DNA of 64,000 nt, taken from assembly GCA_028821455.1 (NCBI GenBank), contig JAPPGE010000005.1, forward strand, positions 103,030 to 167,029, read 5' to 3'. Below, one piece after another: positions 40,510-50,368 of the stretch. The notes below the pieces were generated by a model. It did not search any database. It was not told where the DNA came from and saw only the letters and a list, made by a program, of their open reading frames with translations. The DNA is from a bacterium. Lineage in GTDB: Bacteria > Pseudomonadota > Alphaproteobacteria > SP197. Each line of letters starts with the position of its first letter. Positions within the stretch are counted from its first letter, which is position 1. The position numbers were made by a program, and so were the translations under genes.

Positions 40510-41526
40510 ATGATCTCGTCCCTTGCCGACATCAGGAACCTCATGCGGGACCTCCCGTCCCCCGATGCAGACGCTGCGGCCGCAACGGCTGCGCGCAATG
40601 ACAGGCTGACGAAACCGCCCGGATCACTCGGCAGGCTGGAGGAGACGGCTGTCTGGATGGCGTCCTGGCAGGGCCGTCATCCACCGCGGGCAAGCGACGT
40701 CTTCTGCATGGTGTTTGCCGGCAATCACGGCGTGACGGCAAGGGGCGTGTCAGCCTTTCCCGCCGATGTCACGGAGCAGATGGTCGCCAACTTCGCCGCC
40801 GGGGGTGCAGGCATCAACCAGCTGGCGCGGTTGCTCGACGCCCGTCTCGAGGTAGTGCCGTTGTCGCTCGAGCGGCCCACCGGGGACATCTCGCGGGAGC
40901 CGGCGATGACCGCAGCCGAGACCTGCGATGCCTTCAGGAAGGGCTTCGAAACGGTTCAGAAGGCGGATATCGCGCTGATCGGTGATATGGGGATCGGCAA
41001 CACGACCGTGGCGGCTGCCCTTGGCGCCGCTCTCTTCGGCGGAGACGGCGCCGACTGGGCGGGCCCCGGAACCGGTCTGGATCAGGAGGGCGTGGATCAC
41101 AAGGCCGCCGTGATCGACCGGGCGCTGGAACGCCATCGCCGGCAGCCGGCGGACTCCCTCGAAACACTTGCGTCACTGGGCGGACGGGAGATTGCCGCCA
41201 TGGCGGGGGCCATTCTCGCCTGCCGGCTGAACAGGACACCGGTGATTCTCGATGGCTTCGTCAACTGCGCGGCGGCCAGCGTGCTCCATTGTCTCGACGC
41301 CCGGGCTCTCGATCACTGCGTGGCCGGACATGTCAGCGCCGAGCCCGCGGCAGGACGGTTTCTCGACCACCTTGGAAAGAAACCGCTGCTCGATCTCGGC
41401 ATGCGTCTGGGCGAGGGGTCGGGTGCTGCCTGCGCTGCCCTCGTCGTCAGGGCGGCCGTCGCGCTCCACGACGGCATGGCGACCTTCGACGAAGCGGGTG
41501 TCAGCGGCAAACGGGATGATCCGTGA
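40510..41526 (+). CDS. cobT: nicotinate-nucleotide--dimethylbenzimidazole phosphoribosyltransferase
   Basis: Contains KPPGSLGRLEE...GNHGVTARGVSAFP...GDMGIGNTT, which are hallmark CobT motifs. The start is chosen at MISSLADIRN. Confidence 0.8.
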   Translation: MISSLADIRNLMRDLPSPDADAAAATAARNDRLTKPPGSLGRLEETAVWMASWQGRHPPRASDVFCMVFAGNHGVTARGVSAFPADVTEQMVANFAAGGAGINQLARLLDARLEVVPLSLERPTGDISREPAMTAAETCDAFRKGFETVQKADIALIGDMGIGNTTVAAALGAALFGGDGADWAGPGTGLDQEGVDHKAAVIDRALERHRRQPADSLETLASLGGREIAAMAGAILACRLNRTPVILDGFVNCAAASVLHCLDARALDHCVAGHVSAEPAAGRFLDHLGKKPLLDLGMRLGEGSGAACAALVVRAAVALHDGMATFDEAGVSGKRDDP

Positions 41527-41954
41527 ACGACGGCCGGCAACGCGCCCTGGATCTTGCCCGCGGCATTGGCCGCATGTTCGCCGCCATGAACCAGGCGAGC
41601 GTGACGGAATTCACGGCGAGGAACGGCAGGAGAGCCGATGTCCTGGCGCTCGACGGCAAGGGGCGTTTCACCATCGTCGAGGTCAAGACCTCCGTCGCCG
41701 ATTTCCAGTCCGATGCCAAGTGGCCCGACTACCTCGACTACTGCGATTTCTACTATTTCGGCGTGCCCGAGGACTTCCCGGCCGACATCCTGCCGGAAGA
41801 GCACGGCCTCATCATCGCCGACCGCTACGGCGCCGCAATCGTGCGTCAGGCAGTCGAATCACCGGTCAATGCGGCACGCCGCAAGGCCCAGACCCTCGCC
41901 TTCGCCATCCAGGCGGCACGCCGCCTGCGCCAACTGACCGATCCCGGGGTATAG
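41523..41954 (+). CDS. MmcB-like DNA repair protein (PD-(D/E)xK-type putative endonuclease)
   Basis: 143 aa (TEFTARNGRRADVLALDGKGRFTIVEVKTSVADFQSD...) resembling the MmcB family. It is in ATGA overlap with the cobT stop. Confidence 0.65.
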   Translation: MNDGRQRALDLARGIGRMFAAMNQASVTEFTARNGRRADVLALDGKGRFTIVEVKTSVADFQSDAKWPDYLDYCDFYYFGVPEDFPADILPEEHGLIIADRYGAAIVRQAVESPVNAARRKAQTLAFAIQAARRLRQLTDPGV

Positions 41955-42042
41955 ATTCCGCCAGGTATGCCCGAACCAGACGTCAACATGGCGCATGACG
42001 ATCGGCCAGGTTGAACGTCCCGTCTTGCCGACAATCACTTGT

Positions 42043-42705
42043 CTACATGCAGTGGCGTTCCGCAGTTTCCGGCGCATGGCGTGTCCGGTACTCCGACAGC
42101 TGCCGCGCGACTTCTTCACCGAGGGCGCGGAATATGTCGGAAGCCGATGCGCGGAACACGCTCTCAAGACATCCAGTCGGCGGGCATTGGGCTGGAAGCG
42201 CGACTTCGACCACAGGCGCGGTTCCGCCAATAGACGTGCCCGATTGGACATCGTAGATGCTGATATCCGGGTCGACTCTGAGGAATTGCGGCCGGTCGTG
42301 CCATATCCTCACGTACACCCTCACGGTGATCAGGAAGGGAATGCAGGTGCCGGCCTCGTCCGCGGAGAGGTGCATCGCTCCGGAGAGAAAATCCTCGTCC
42401 AGCCACCGGCCCCAAGGGCCCTCTCCACCGCTGTCGAGGTCGAACGCGCCCTCGAACGCTTCCTCACCCATCGCGCGAAAGCCGTATTGCGCCAGGGCTT
42501 GTTCAAGGTTCACAAATGCGGTCTCGCGGAACAACGGGGAATCGCGCCGAATCAGATGGGGGTTGACAGCCTCTTCGTTGCCCACGACGAGGACCGGAAT
42601 CGCGACATCTTCCATGTCTGAAGCAACAGCCACTCCGGCAGACAGCCCGAGCGCAAGGGCAGCTGCAATCAAGGGGCTCATTCTCCGGTCAAGCCGCCTT
42701 CCCAT
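42043..42705 (-). CDS. exported hypothetical protein (signal peptide; no recognisable domain)
   Basis: The N-terminus MGRRLDRRMSPLIAAALALGLSAGVAVASD is a classic signal peptide, with GGAGG upstream of the 42705 start. An alternative start at 42681 would be in ATGA overlap with the antitoxin stop. Confidence 0.5.
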   Translation of the reverse strand: MGRRLDRRMSPLIAAALALGLSAGVAVASDMEDVAIPVLVVGNEEAVNPHLIRRDSPLFRETAFVNLEQALAQYGFRAMGEEAFEGAFDLDSGGEGPWGRWLDEDFLSGAMHLSADEAGTCIPFLITVRVYVRIWHDRPQFLRVDPDISIYDVQSGTSIGGTAPVVEVALPAQCPPTGCLESVFRASASDIFRALGEEVARQLSEYRTRHAPETAERHCM

Positions 42706-42932
42706 GCTTTCAACTCTTCCTCCAGCAGAGGGTCAAGGAAACTGTCGTCAACGACCATGCTGTCCTTCATGGCACCAAACACAGGTCGGCCTGCAGGATT
42801 GTAGGGAACGAGGCAAGCGACCGGCTCGCCTCGCCTGGCAATGATAACCTCCTCGCCAGCCTCCACGTGCGCCAACAACCGTGATAGACAGGTCTCGGTC
42901 TGACGTACGTCCACGACGGGCAAGGTCCGCAT
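42678..42932 (-). CDS. type II toxin-antitoxin system Phd/YefM-family antitoxin (VapB-like), with no toxin partner present
   Basis: MRTLPVVDVRQTETCLSRLLAHVEAGEEVIIARRGEPVACLVP matches the Phd/YefM fold. The C-terminal tail resembles VapC-neutralising VapB proteins. The start is uncertain (a GTG at 42971 is also possible). Confidence 0.65.
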   Translation of the reverse strand: MRTLPVVDVRQTETCLSRLLAHVEAGEEVIIARRGEPVACLVPYNPAGRPVFGAMKDSMVVDDSFLDPLLEEELKAWEGGLTGE

Positions 42933-43092
42933 CCCTCTCGTGGGATGATAGCTGAAATCATGACTAGGCACGAACGCATGACCCTGCCACCATGCCGCAC
43001 GCGGACAGGATCACTGATCGAAGCCGTTACTCACGTTTCTCCGCGACCGGGTTTGACAAGATCCGGCGGCTTGCGGTACCGCACCGGCGGGC

Positions 43093-44346
43093 ATGACATC
43101 ATTTTCCTTCATTCACTGCGCCGATATCCATCTTGACAGTCCCCTGAGGGGGCTGGCGGCCCAGGAGGGTCACGCGCCCCGCCTCATTCGCTCTGCCTGC
43201 CGCCGGGCTTTCGAGATTCTCGTGGATCACGCGATCGACGAGGGCGTCGCCTTCGTCGTCATCGCCGGAGACCTCTATGACGGCACCTGGCGGGACTGCA
43301 ACACCGGTTTCTTCTTCATTCGCCAGATGGGGCGGCTCAACGAGGCGGGTATCGACGTCTACCTGGTCTACGGCAACCACGATGCCGAAAGCAGGATTAC
43401 CAGACAGCTGACCCTTCCCTCCAATGTCCATGCATTCGGCGCCTCCGGTGCCGGCACCTTCATCCACGAGGCGACGGGAGCGGCGATCCATGGCCGCAGC
43501 TACGCGACGCCCGATATCACGGAGAACCTCGTCCCCTCCTATCCCGGTCCGGTTGCGGACGCGTTCAACGTCGGCGTGCTCCATACCGGTCTGGGCGGCA
43601 TGGGCGGCCATGCCGACTACGCCCCCTGCACACTCGCCGATCTCGTGGCACGGGGCTACGACTACTGGGCCCTGGGTCATGTCCATCGCCAGGAGGTTCT
43701 GCACCGGGACCCCTGGGTGGTGTTCCCGGGGAACATCCAGGGACGCCACATCCGCGAAACCGGTCCCCGGGGATACATGCGCGTGACGGTCACCGACCAC
43801 GGTGTCGAGACCCTTCCGGTTCCCGTCGATGTCGTCCGCTGGGCCCATGTCACCGTGGACGCTGACGGCCTTGACGATCTCGACGACCTTCTGCTCCGGA
43901 TGGCCCGGGCCATCGAGGACGCGGTGGATCAGGATGCCGACGGCCGTCTCATGGCCTGCAGGGTTGAACTTACGGGCGCGACCGGACTTCACGGAACACT
44001 CGCCCTCAGGGAACACCAGCTTCTCGACGAGGCACGCGCCATGGCCCTGGGCCTGGGAGAGGAACGGGCCTGGATCGAGCGCGTTGTCGTCTCCACCAGC
44101 ATGGCGGCAGAGACCGGTGCCGATGGCAGTATCGCGGACATCGCCGACCTGATGGCGGGGGCGGCCGATGATCCGGACCTCGTGGAGGCGATCAGGAGCG
44201 ACATCGCGAAACTGCTGGCAAGACTTCCCCGAGAGATCACCTCCAGTCCCGAAACGGATCTCATCAGGCTGGCGAGGGAACAGGATGCCGGCACGCTTCT
44301 CGAACAGGAACGAGCCGGCGTCATGTCCCGTCTGCTTGGAGGCTGA
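43093..44346 (+). CDS. DNA repair exonuclease of the SbcD/Mre11 metallophosphoesterase family (YhaO-like)
   Basis: Has calcineurin-like phosphoesterase motifs (FIHCADIHLD, GDLYD, GNHD). Confidence 0.8.
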   Translation: MTSFSFIHCADIHLDSPLRGLAAQEGHAPRLIRSACRRAFEILVDHAIDEGVAFVVIAGDLYDGTWRDCNTGFFFIRQMGRLNEAGIDVYLVYGNHDAESRITRQLTLPSNVHAFGASGAGTFIHEATGAAIHGRSYATPDITENLVPSYPGPVADAFNVGVLHTGLGGMGGHADYAPCTLADLVARGYDYWALGHVHRQEVLHRDPWVVFPGNIQGRHIRETGPRGYMRVTVTDHGVETLPVPVDVVRWAHVTVDADGLDDLDDLLLRMARAIEDAVDQDADGRLMACRVELTGATGLHGTLALREHQLLDEARAMALGLGEERAWIERVVVSTSMAAETGADGSIADIADLMAGAADDPDLVEAIRSDIAKLLARLPREITSSPETDLIRLAREQDAGTLLEQERAGVMSRLLGG

Positions 44347-44348
44347 TC

Positions 44349-47300
44349 ATGAGGGTTTGCCGCCTCGACCTCCTCAGCTACGGGCATTTCAGCAACCGGT
44401 CCCTGGAGTTCCCCGAAGACGGCCATGATCTCCACATCATTGTCGGCGCCAACGAGGCCGGAAAGTCGACGTCGCGCAACGCCCTGGAAGACGCCCTCTT
44501 CGGCATTCACCAGCGCTCGACCTTCGGCTTCAGGCACGGCTATTCCGGCATGATGGTGGGAGCCCTCATCGAACACGAAGGCCGCCGCCTGGAGTTCCGC
44601 CGCCGCAAGGGGAAGTCGAACACGCTTCTCGACACCGATGGCCAGGCGCTTGCGCCCGATGCCCTGCGGTTCTTTCTGGGTGGCGCCGACCGGAGCTTTC
44701 TCGAGCGCATGTTCAGCCTCTCCCACGAACGCCTGAGGAGGAGCGGTCAGGAACTCTCCGACCCGCAAAGCGAGACCGCAGCCTTGATCTTCGGAGCTGC
44801 CACCGGAACCGAGGAGATCGCCAGCCACATACGCGCCATGAAGGAAGAGGCCGGATCACTCTTCACGCCAAGGAGAACGGCGGGGAAGCCATTCTACCAG
44901 CTTGTTGACCGGCTCAACGAGGCCACCGCGGCCCTCGGTGAGGCCACGGTGACCGGAGATGACTGGAAGCGGGCCCGGGAGGAGGCGCACGAGGCCCGAA
45001 CGCTCCTCGAGGACCTGAGGCGACAGCGTGCCGATCTGTTCCAGGCGAACGCGCGTCTGAACCGCATCCGGCTCGTCTATCCGGACCTCATGCGCAAGAA
45101 GGAGGTGCTCGCCACCCTGGCCGGGCTTGGCGATGTCCAGCCGTTTGCCGACGATGTCCTGGAGGTTCTGGACAGGGCCGAGCGGACGGTGTCGCTGCAC
45201 GATGCGAAGATCGAGCAACTCGAGAAGCAGATCTCCCGGGAAAACGAAGAGGCGGCGTCCATCATGATCGACCGCGCGCTGCTGGAGAACGCAAGGGAAA
45301 TCACGGATCTCGACCAGCGTCGCATCCAGTTGGAACCGGAAAGGGAAGATCTTCCCAAGAGACGCAACGAACTGGCAGACGTGGAGCGGCGCCTGCAAAA
45401 CCGGGCCCGGGATCTCGGCGTGGAGGAGCTGGAGGCGTGGTGCATGCCGGCACCCCATGTCGTGGCGCGGCTGCGCGAACTCGGCGACGAGTGGATCCGT
45501 CTGGGACACGTCGGCGACCTGGCGCGCCAACAAGCGAGGGACGCAGGGGACCGCGTCCGGATCCTGGACGAACGTCTTCAGGAGATGGGACCGCAGGCGG
45601 ATGTCGGACCGCTGCAGACTGCCCTGCAGGCAATGGACGGAAGTGCCGATCCGGAAACGGCCCGCAAGGCGGTGGAGCGCGAGCACCGTGAACTGGCGTC
45701 GCGCAGCGAGACGCTGGTCCGGCCCTTGTTGTCGCTGGTTGGCGACGTCGATCGCCTGGCCGGACTCTGGGTGCCGCCGCTGGAACGCGTCCAGGAGTTG
45801 CGGGACAGCCTCAGGCAGGCCATTGACCGTCGGAATGCATGTCGGGACGAACTCGCATCCGTAGAACGCGACCTCGCAAGCCATGAAGTGCAGCGCAAGA
45901 ACCTTGTCGTGACCGGCGAGATTGTCACGGCCGAAGAGATCGCATCACTGAGGCAGACCCGCGATCAGCATCTCGACACGGTGCGCACCTGCCTCGCCGG
46001 CGGACAAGCGGATGCCGGAGGTGATCCCGTGGGTGATCTCGCGGAGGCGATTCACCGGGCCGACGAAGCGGCGGACAGGCGGTTCTCCGCCGCCCGGACG
46101 GTGGCCCGCCTCGAGGAAATCGCCGATGCCATGGATCGCCTGCAGTCCAGGCGCACGGCGCTTGGTGCGGAGCGCGACGAGCATGACCGCCTGGTGTGTG
46201 GCCTCCACGAGACATGGAACGATCTCTTGAGTGATCTTCCCGGCGAACCGCTCGATCCCGATGCCATGGTGAAGTGGCTGATTGATCGCCAGGCCGCGCT
46301 GCAGGCACACGAAGAGGAGAGGAGGGCTGCGCGGGCCCTCGCGGCTTGCACCGCGGAAGAGCGCAAGGCACGCAACCTTCTCATTGCCGAAGCGACGGCG
46401 CTCGGCATGGAGACGAACGGTCTGGACGCAAGGCCCTTCAGTGTTGTCCGGCCCCTCGTTGCCAGCCATTGCGACACGCTGAACGACAGGAACCGCCAGC
46501 GCGCCGACCTTGCACGCGACCTGGAAGAGGCACGGCGCGAGGAACGGGAGAAGGCGTCGGCCCTTGCCGGGAAGGAAGCGGGCATCCTGTCCCTGCGTGA
46601 GGCCTGGCGCACCGCCGCCGAAGGAATCGACGCCCTTGAGTCGCCTGACCAGGCCGGCGACAGACTTCGCATCATCGAGGAGATGCGCGGCGACATGGAC
46701 CGCGCGGCAGAACTGAAGGAAAGGCGGATCGGCAAGATCGAGCGTGATCTCGAGGCCTTCGCGACCCGTGTCGGCAGACTTGTGGAGGTCGTGGCCGAGG
46801 AACCGGGGGCGAGCGATGTCGACACCGTTGTCAGGGATCTCGCCCGGCGGCTGTCGGATGAGATGGCGAAACGGGACCGACTCGAACGCATGAAGGAATC
46901 AATTGCGCAACGTGGACAGGAGCTTGACGGGATGCGCCATGCCAGACGCGAGGCGGACATCACGATCCGTGATCTCATCGCCCGCGCCGGCGTTGAAACC
47001 GTCGGTGGCTTGCGCCGCGAAATCGCGCGATCGGATGAAGCCAAGCGTCTCGGACGCGAGATCGAGGAACTCACCGAATCCCTGGCGAAGAACGGCGGCG
47101 GGCGTTCCGAAAGAGAACTGGAAGAGGAGGCCCGGGACGTGGATCCCGATCGGCTGGGCGCCGAGATTGACTCCATGTCCGACAGACTGAAGGAGCTCGA
47201 TGATCCAATCGACAGGGCGGCCCTTGCGGAACGGCAGGCGGCGGACACCCTCGAATCCATCGATGGCAGAGAAGCCGCCATTGCGGCTGCCTGGGATCGC

Positions 47301-47822
47301 CAGGCAATTCTGGCTGAACTGGAAGACATCGCGGCGCGCTATGTGCGTGCACAGACCGGGCTGAGACTCCTCCAGTGGGCCGTCGACCGTTATCGGGCCG
47401 AACAGCAGGCGCCGCTGTTGACGAGGGCCTCAAGCCTCTTTGCCACCCTGACACTGGGATCCTTCAACGGTCTTGGCCTCGTCTGCGACGAGAAGGATCA
47501 GGCGGTCCTGGCCGGCACGCGGCCCGACGGCAGCGAGGTCGACGTCACGGGCATGAGCGACGGCACGGTGGATCAGTTGTGGCTTGCACTGAGGCTTGCC
47601 GCGATTGACGGCTGGCTGGAAGAAAATGCCGCCCTGCCGTTCGTCGCCGACGATCTCTTCGTCAACTTCGACGACGATCGGGCGGGCGCTGGCCTGGAAG
47701 TGCTCCACCGTCTGGCCGGCAGCTGCCAGGTCATGGTGTTCACGCACCATGCACACCTTGTCGGCCTTGCCCGCCAGGTCCTGGGTGACAATGTTTCGGT
47801 CGTCGACCTCGATGCTGCCTGA
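44349..47822 (+). CDS. SbcC/Rad50-like AAA ATPase with long coiled coil (YhaN-like)
   Basis: 1157 aa with an N-terminal Walker A (GANEAGKST), a very long Glu/Arg/Ala-rich coiled-coil region, and a C-terminal D-loop/H-loop (DDLFVNFDDDR...VFTHH). It starts 3 nt after the SbcD-like stop. Confidence 0.8.
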   Translation: MRVCRLDLLSYGHFSNRSLEFPEDGHDLHIIVGANEAGKSTSRNALEDALFGIHQRSTFGFRHGYSGMMVGALIEHEGRRLEFRRRKGKSNTLLDTDGQALAPDALRFFLGGADRSFLERMFSLSHERLRRSGQELSDPQSETAALIFGAATGTEEIASHIRAMKEEAGSLFTPRRTAGKPFYQLVDRLNEATAALGEATVTGDDWKRAREEAHEARTLLEDLRRQRADLFQANARLNRIRLVYPDLMRKKEVLATLAGLGDVQPFADDVLEVLDRAERTVSLHDAKIEQLEKQISRENEEAASIMIDRALLENAREITDLDQRRIQLEPEREDLPKRRNELADVERRLQNRARDLGVEELEAWCMPAPHVVARLRELGDEWIRLGHVGDLARQQARDAGDRVRILDERLQEMGPQADVGPLQTALQAMDGSADPETARKAVEREHRELASRSETLVRPLLSLVGDVDRLAGLWVPPLERVQELRDSLRQAIDRRNACRDELASVERDLASHEVQRKNLVVTGEIVTAEEIASLRQTRDQHLDTVRTCLAGGQADAGGDPVGDLAEAIHRADEAADRRFSAARTVARLEEIADAMDRLQSRRTALGAERDEHDRLVCGLHETWNDLLSDLPGEPLDPDAMVKWLIDRQAALQAHEEERRAARALAACTAEERKARNLLIAEATALGMETNGLDARPFSVVRPLVASHCDTLNDRNRQRADLARDLEEARREEREKASALAGKEAGILSLREAWRTAAEGIDALESPDQAGDRLRIIEEMRGDMDRAAELKERRIGKIERDLEAFATRVGRLVEVVAEEPGASDVDTVVRDLARRLSDEMAKRDRLERMKESIAQRGQELDGMRHARREADITIRDLIARAGVETVGGLRREIARSDEAKRLGREIEELTESLAKNGGGRSERELEEEARDVDPDRLGAEIDSMSDRLKELDDPIDRAALAERQAADTLESIDGREAAIAAAWDRQAILAELEDIAARYVRAQTGLRLLQWAVDRYRAEQQAPLLTRASSLFATLTLGSFNGLGLVCDEKDQAVLAGTRPDGSEVDVTGMSDGTVDQLWLALRLAAIDGWLEENAALPFVADDLFVNFDDDRAGAGLEVLHRLAGSCQVMVFTHHAHLVGLARQVLGDNVSVVDLDAA

Positions 47823-48001
47823 TCGTTTCAGACCACGGGCGCCGATGGGCCGGACCGATGACCGGTCCCTCGCGCGTCATGAACGCGCCGGACCCAACTG
47901 ACTTGCGGCAAACCCTTTGGCGGTGACGGTGAGAAGGCCATGTACAGGGGAGACGACAGGCCAGGGTTCGGCCACAATCAAGTGTGTCGCACCCCGAGGG
48001 G

Positions 48002-48892
48002 TCAGAGCCTGCGCACGTCCTTGCTCAAGACCCCGTGCTCCTCGCCGGCAGCGTAGAGATCGACGTTGGCCTCCGACGTTTCCTCGTAGCCCTGCAGCAG
48101 TTTCAGTGGCTCCTGAAGGTCGTACCAGCCCAGGAAGGGTCGATGAACCTGATAGCCGATCAGCCGCTGGAGCTGTTCGGGGTAGTGCCGGGCCACCTCG
48201 ACCGGACTGACCAGGTACTGGTTCTCCTCCTGGCGCAGCCAGCCGACCACATAAGAGAGGAACAGGGCGTGGCGCCAGACATCTTTCGTCGTGTTGGCGC
48301 CGCCGCCGTGGTGAACGGCGTAGGTGAAGACAAGGCACGAACCCTTGTCCATCACGGCCTGGGCAAACTCGTCCTCCTGCGCGACGCGCTCGTCGTCCCA
48401 GCGGTGGCTTCCCGGAACCACGCGGGTTGCACCATTTTCCCTGGTGAACTCGGCCAGCGCCCAGAAGGCGGTCATGTAGGCCACGCGCTCTGTTGGATGC
48501 CTGAATGGAAACATCAGGGCATCCCGGTGAACTTCCTGTGCCGTCTCACCTGGTCCGATCGATGTCGTCGAGCTTGAGCTCAGCTGATAGTTGTCGCACC
48601 AAGGTCCCAGCATCCGGTCAAGGATCGCGAGTAACTCTGGATTGCAGATTTCGTCGCGAACCGCCTGTGACTTGGCGACCAGGCCGTGAGTGCGTCTCGT
48701 CCTGAAGCCCAACCACTCTCCGGCACCGGTCGGCACCTTGCTCATCCAGGGATGCAGTTCATCGAGAATCTGATCGCATCGCGCCTCGCTGATCAGTCTG
48801 TCGATAATGACGCAGCCGTCCCGATCGAGGATCTCGACAATGCTGTCGATCGATGTTCCAGCGGCCACGTGTTCGATGCGTGCTTCGGACAT
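48002..48892 (-). CDS. phytanoyl-CoA dioxygenase (PhyH) family Fe(II)/2-oxoglutarate oxygenase
   Basis: The PhyH-type HxD...H context is present (EVHRDA ... VHHGG). An internal ATG start is preceded by GGAAGGAG. The ORF-track N-terminal 89 aa look spurious. Confidence 0.7.
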   Translation of the reverse strand: MSEARIEHVAAGTSIDSIVEILDRDGCVIIDRLISEARCDQILDELHPWMSKVPTGAGEWLGFRTRRTHGLVAKSQAVRDEICNPELLAILDRMLGPWCDNYQLSSSSTTSIGPGETAQEVHRDALMFPFRHPTERVAYMTAFWALAEFTRENGATRVVPGSHRWDDERVAQEDEFAQAVMDKGSCLVFTYAVHHGGGANTTKDVWRHALFLSYVVGWLRQEENQYLVSPVEVARHYPEQLQRLIGYQVHRPFLGWYDLQEPLKLLQGYEETSEANVDLYAAGEEHGVLSKDVRRL

Positions 48893-48954
48893 CAACAGCG
48901 CTCCTTCCGGTGAACGGGGAATGCGAGGTACCAGGCCCAATCCAAGGAGGATTA

Positions 48955-49075
48955 TACGACATGTGTCTCGATTTCCAAAGTCGGCGGCAGTTTGGGTGAG
49001 GTCATGTCGATCCCGTCGACATGTCACGTCAACGTGTCGATGACGTGAGAGCACATCGACACATGCGGCAATTGC
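48955..49075. promoter_or_regulatory. cluster of palindromes and repeated CATGTCGA(T)-like motifs in the PhyH/amidohydrolase divergent intergenic region
   Basis: CATGTCGA-tcccg-TCGACATG (49003-49023) is a perfect 8 bp inverted repeat. CACGTCA-N9-TGACGTG is at 49025-49047. ATCGACACATG-like copies occur at 48961-48975 and 49054-49066. Confidence 0.45.
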
Positions 49076-49263
49076 GGGCTTGTGAGCCGGTGAGGAGCCG
49101 GACCCGGTTGCCGTGCGCTCCATCGGCGACGGGAACGCGAACGTATCGCTCCCGTGCACGTGCCGGTCGAGGATGCGCGTTTTGGTGGAGAGATCCGTGG
49201 GGCTTGAGTCGTGTCCGCTGTCGGGTGCACTCTTGCCTGAACGTGAGGGGACGGGAGCGAACG

Positions 49264-50361
49264 ATGAGCGATCAGCGCGTGATCTCGGCTGACAGCCACG
49301 TGCAGGAACCTCCGGAACTCTACGGGGAGAGGCTGGACAGGAAGTACCGGGACCGCGTCCCGCGGTTCGAGGAACGCGACGGCGCCACCTACTTCGTGGT
49401 GGACGGCAAGAAGCCTCGGCGCGTCGACCTTGCCTCTGAGCGCACGGACGAGGACGACCAGAATCGCGAGTTCCGCAATGACCCCAGCGGCGGCCGGGAT
49501 ATCGAGCGTCGCCTGGCGGACCAGGTCCGTGACGGCATCAGCGCCGAGGTCCTCTATCCCAACACCTCGCTCTTTCTCTACAACTCCAGGGATCCGGGCT
49601 ACCAGTTCGCCGTGGCCCGCGCCTACAACGACTGGTGCATCGAGCATTTTGGCGGACACCGCGAGCAGTTTGTTCCCGTCGCCATCGTTCCCGTCATCGA
49701 TCTCGACGAAGCCGTTCGCGAGGTCGCGAGGGTGGCGCGGGAAGGGTACCGCAGCATCAAGATTCCCCTGACCGTGGACGACAGGCCCTACAACCTGCCC
49801 GACTATGACCGGCTGTGGTCGGCCTGCGCCGATCATGATCTCGTCATCTCGCTGCATGCCTTCACCGAGAGCGAGGACCAGTATCCCGATGACTGGGGCG
49901 AGGAGGAGGGCCATGGCGGAGCCCTTGCCCACATGGCCATGAGCATGGCCAGGGGGCAGAGTCCGGTGGCCCTGTTGATCGCGTCAGGTGCGCTGCAGCG
50001 TTATCCCGATCTCAAGTTCGTCGTTGTCGAGTGCGGCGCCGGGTGGCTTGCCTGGCTGCTCCATGTGCTCGACGAACAGGTTGAGAAGAAGCACATGTGG
50101 ATCCGTCCCCAGCTGGAGATGAGACCGAGCGAGTTCTTCCGGCGACAGGGAGCGGTGACCTTCAGCGACGATCCTGTCGCGCTGCGCCTGCTGGACTTCA
50201 CCAGCGCCGATGTCCTGCTCTGGGGCAGTGATTATCCTCACGACGAAGGCACGTTTCCGCACAGCCAGGAGGTGATCGAACGGACCTTCGCCGGCCTTGC
50301 GGCCGAGGACCGCCGCAAGATCGTCTACGACAACGCCAGGCGCATCTACGGTTTCGCCTGA
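49264..50361 (+). CDS. amidohydrolase-2 family (PF04909-like, ACMSD-type metal-dependent hydrolase/decarboxylase)
   Basis: Has the N-terminal ISADSHV metal-binding motif and a TIM-barrel hydrolase pattern. It uses an internal ATG start. Confidence 0.7.
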   Translation: MSDQRVISADSHVQEPPELYGERLDRKYRDRVPRFEERDGATYFVVDGKKPRRVDLASERTDEDDQNREFRNDPSGGRDIERRLADQVRDGISAEVLYPNTSLFLYNSRDPGYQFAVARAYNDWCIEHFGGHREQFVPVAIVPVIDLDEAVREVARVAREGYRSIKIPLTVDDRPYNLPDYDRLWSACADHDLVISLHAFTESEDQYPDDWGEEEGHGGALAHMAMSMARGQSPVALLIASGALQRYPDLKFVVVECGAGWLAWLLHVLDEQVEKKHMWIRPQLEMRPSEFFRRQGAVTFSDDPVALRLLDFTSADVLLWGSDYPHDEGTFPHSQEVIERTFAGLAAEDRRKIVYDNARRIYGFA

Positions 50362-50368
50362 GGATGCG

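Noticed and set aside
43099-44016. 305 aa minus-strand ORF inside the SbcD-like gene
   Set aside because: It is antisense to a gene with clear metallophosphoesterase motifs.
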